Source: Halomicronema hongdechloris C2206
Lineage (GTDB): Bacteria > Cyanobacteriota > Cyanobacteriia > Phormidesmidales > Phormidesmidaceae
DNA length: 32,000 nt
Assembly: GCF_002075285.3 (NCBI RefSeq)
Contig: NZ_CP021983.2
Location: 4,650,001 to 4,682,000 of the forward strand
Reading direction: 5' to 3'
In this document: one piece after another, positions 30,216 to 32,000 of the stretch
Numbering within the stretch: the stretch's first letter is position 1
Layout of the letters: each line of letters starts with the position of its first letter
The notes under the pieces: model-generated
Told to the model about the DNA's origin: nothing
The model's input: the letters and a program-made list of their open reading frames with translations, nothing else
The model's database searches: none
Translations under genes and position numbers: made by a program

Positions 30216-32000
30216 TTTCAAAAGCCTCAAGATCCAGAGCAACCACAAGGCAATCCATTACTCCTAGATCAACAGCCCCTCTCAGAACGTCAGGCAGAGG
30301 CGAACAGATTACGTCAGCAAGGTTTTGAACAGTACAAAGCCAGACAGTTTCAGGCAGCACGTGAGTCCCTAGAGCAAGCGCTGGTCATTTATCGAGATTT
30401 GGAAGACCGGAAACGAGAAGGACAAATGCTGGGCAGTTTAGGGATTATCCACAGCAATCTAGGGCAATATCGACAGGCCATTAGCTATTACGAGCAGCAA
30501 CTGTTGGTTACCCGCGAAATTGGCGATCGCGTAGGAGAGAGTGATGCTCTCGGCACCTTGAGCAATGTGTACCAAACTTTGGGAGACGATCAACAGGCGA
30601 TTAACTTGCTGGAACAAGCGTTATCTGTTGCTCGGGAAATTGGCGATCGTCTGAGAGAAGGAAGTTCTCTTAATGGGCTAGGGGTTGCCTACAAAGATCT
30701 TGGTAATTATTGGCAGGCCATCGCCTTCTATGAGCAAGCTTTGGCAATTTATCGCGAAATTGATGAACTTTTCGGTGAAGCAGAAGTTCTAGGAAATCTG
30801 GGTGTAGCTTACGGACTGCTGGGCGATCATCGACAAGCAATTAACCTCCACGAGCAGCAGCTAGCCCTTCACGAGCAGCAGCTAGCAATCACTGGCGACA
30901 TCTATCATCACCGTGGATTAGGACGTGCTCTTAGCAGTTTAGGCAATGCTTACTACAGTCTTGGCAACTATCAACAAGCTATTGGTTTTTATGAGCAAGG
31001 ATTAGCTGTTAAACGTCAAACTGGCGATCGCCACGGCGAAGGAAACACCCTGGCAAATTTAGGTAGACTATTTGACGCCCAAGAACAGCCTGAATTGGCC
31101 ATTGTTTTTCTTAAGGCTTCGGTCGAAGTACGCGAGTCCATTCGCAGTGGTATGCGAGACCTCGATCCAGACCTACAAAAATCTTATTTAGATACTGTAG
31201 CGAGCACATATCGCCTGCTAGCTGACCTCCTTCTCCAACAAGACCGCATTATGGAAGCCCAGCGGGTACTGGACTTGCTGAAGGTGCAGGAACTCGACGA
31301 CTACATTCGCGGCGTTGAGCGTACCAGCGAAACCGAAGCAGGGGTTGACTTTCTGCGGCCTGAGGAGACGATTTTGGCCCGGTACGATGCTTTGCAAGAA
31401 TCCGCCATTGCTGCTGGCCAAGAACTCGAAGACCTCAAGGCTATTCCCCGAGAACAACGTAGTGAAGAGCAGGTACAGCGCATTGCCCAACTCACGGACT
31501 TACTGGACGACATCAACGGCGACTTCCGCGACTTTGCCCGCAGTCCCGAAATTCTCAAGCTGATTGATGAATTGAACTTCGAAGCTCGGGAAGCCAGCCT
31601 CAGTCTCAATCAACTCGATCGCCTTCGCGACGAACTCCAGCAGCTCAACGCCGCCATCTTCTATCCCCTCATCCTGGACGATCGCCTGGAGTTGGTGATT
31701 ACCGTGCCCGACTCGCCCCCGCTGCGACGAACTGTTCAGGTGTCTCGCGAGGAGCTAAACGCGGCAATTCTAGAATTCCGCACCGCACTCACCCACCCAG
31801 GTTCTGACGCGGAAACGCCTGCCCAACAGCTTTACGACTGGCTGATCCGTCCTCTGGAAGCTGACTTAGGGGCAGCCGGAGTCGAAACCCTCATCTACTC
31901 CCCCGATGGGCAACTGCGCTACATTCCCCTCGCTGCCCTGCATGACGGTGAGCAATGGCTGATCCAGCAGTACCGCATCAACAACATCACCGCCGAATCT
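30123..32000 (+). CDS. secreted TPR-repeat CHAT-domain protein, 5' part (open to the window end)
   Basis: I translated 626 codons from ATG 30123 to 32000 by hand and found no stop; the ORF is absent from the track because it has no stop in the window. It has a signal peptide (MRPAAHLLSLATLTALFIPVIQVAA), about 7-8 TPRs (LGxLGxxYxxLGxYxQAIxxYEQxLxIxREIGDRxGE) and the start of a CHAT domain (LYDWLIRPLEADL...LIYSPDGQLRYIPLAALHDGEQWLIQQYRI). Confidence 0.9.
   Translation, partial: MRPAAHLLSLATLTALFIPVIQVAATQIPETFQKPQDPEQPQGNPLLLDQQPLSERQAEANRLRQQGFEQYKARQFQAARESLEQALVIYRDLEDRKREGQMLGSLGIIHSNLGQYRQAISYYEQQLLVTREIGDRVGESDALGTLSNVYQTLGDDQQAINLLEQALSVAREIGDRLREGSSLNGLGVAYKDLGNYWQAIAFYEQALAIYREIDELFGEAEVLGNLGVAYGLLGDHRQAINLHEQQLALHEQQLAITGDIYHHRGLGRALSSLGNAYYSLGNYQQAIGFYEQGLAVKRQTGDRHGEGNTLANLGRLFDAQEQPELAIVFLKASVEVRESIRSGMRDLDPDLQKSYLDTVASTYRLLADLLLQQDRIMEAQRVLDLLKVQELDDYIRGVERTSETEAGVDFLRPEETILARYDALQESAIAAGQELEDLKAIPREQRSEEQVQRIAQLTDLLDDINGDFRDFARSPEILKLIDELNFEAREASLSLNQLDRLRDELQQLNAAIFYPLILDDRLELVITVPDSPPLRRTVQVSREELNAAILEFRTALTHPGSDAETPAQQLYDWLIRPLEADLGAAGVETLIYSPDGQLRYIPLAALHDGEQWLIQQYRINNITAES

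Overview
This is cyanobacterial chromosomal DNA. Support: at least 18 exact copies of the HIP1 octamer GCGATCGC, Uma2/DUF820 genes, a GUN4 domain, DUF928/DUF1822/CHAT gene families, heptanucleotide tandem repeats, and GC-richness by eye. Housekeeping genes are interleaved with accessory material: asnS, tldD-pmbA, an Lrp/AsnC-LysE pair, an M23 peptidase, a GT2 glycosyltransferase, an AI-2E permease, a gamma-glutamyltransferase-family gene and an ECF transporter. Three loci stand out. (i) A tightly coupled four-gene minus-strand operon at 1-5666 encodes a sigma-70-like protein, DUF1822, a CHAT-CHASE2 membrane caspase-like protease and a secreted DUF928 protein; its function is unknown. (ii) A TIR-GUN4 fusion gene is followed 19 nt later by an orphan MazE/AbrB-type gene (14711-15839). 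(iii) A repeat-rich islet lies at 27.2-30.2 kb. It holds a PD-(D/E)xK-like gene abutted by ten 21-nt tandem repeats, and three copies of the 5' leader plus signal-peptide start of a TPR-CHAT gene, with intact and decayed toxin-antitoxin cassettes between the copies. Only the third copy opens a real gene (30123 to beyond 32000). At least nine single-nucleotide frame disruptions, most at homopolymer runs, affect DUF928 (x2), DUF1822, tldD, an antiporter remnant and the ggt-family gene (x4, in two compensating pairs). These indicate either a low-accuracy assembly or real gene decay, and sequence alone cannot decide which. No rRNA, tRNA, CRISPR array or transposase was recognised. All family names come from motif recognition by eye and need HMM confirmation.
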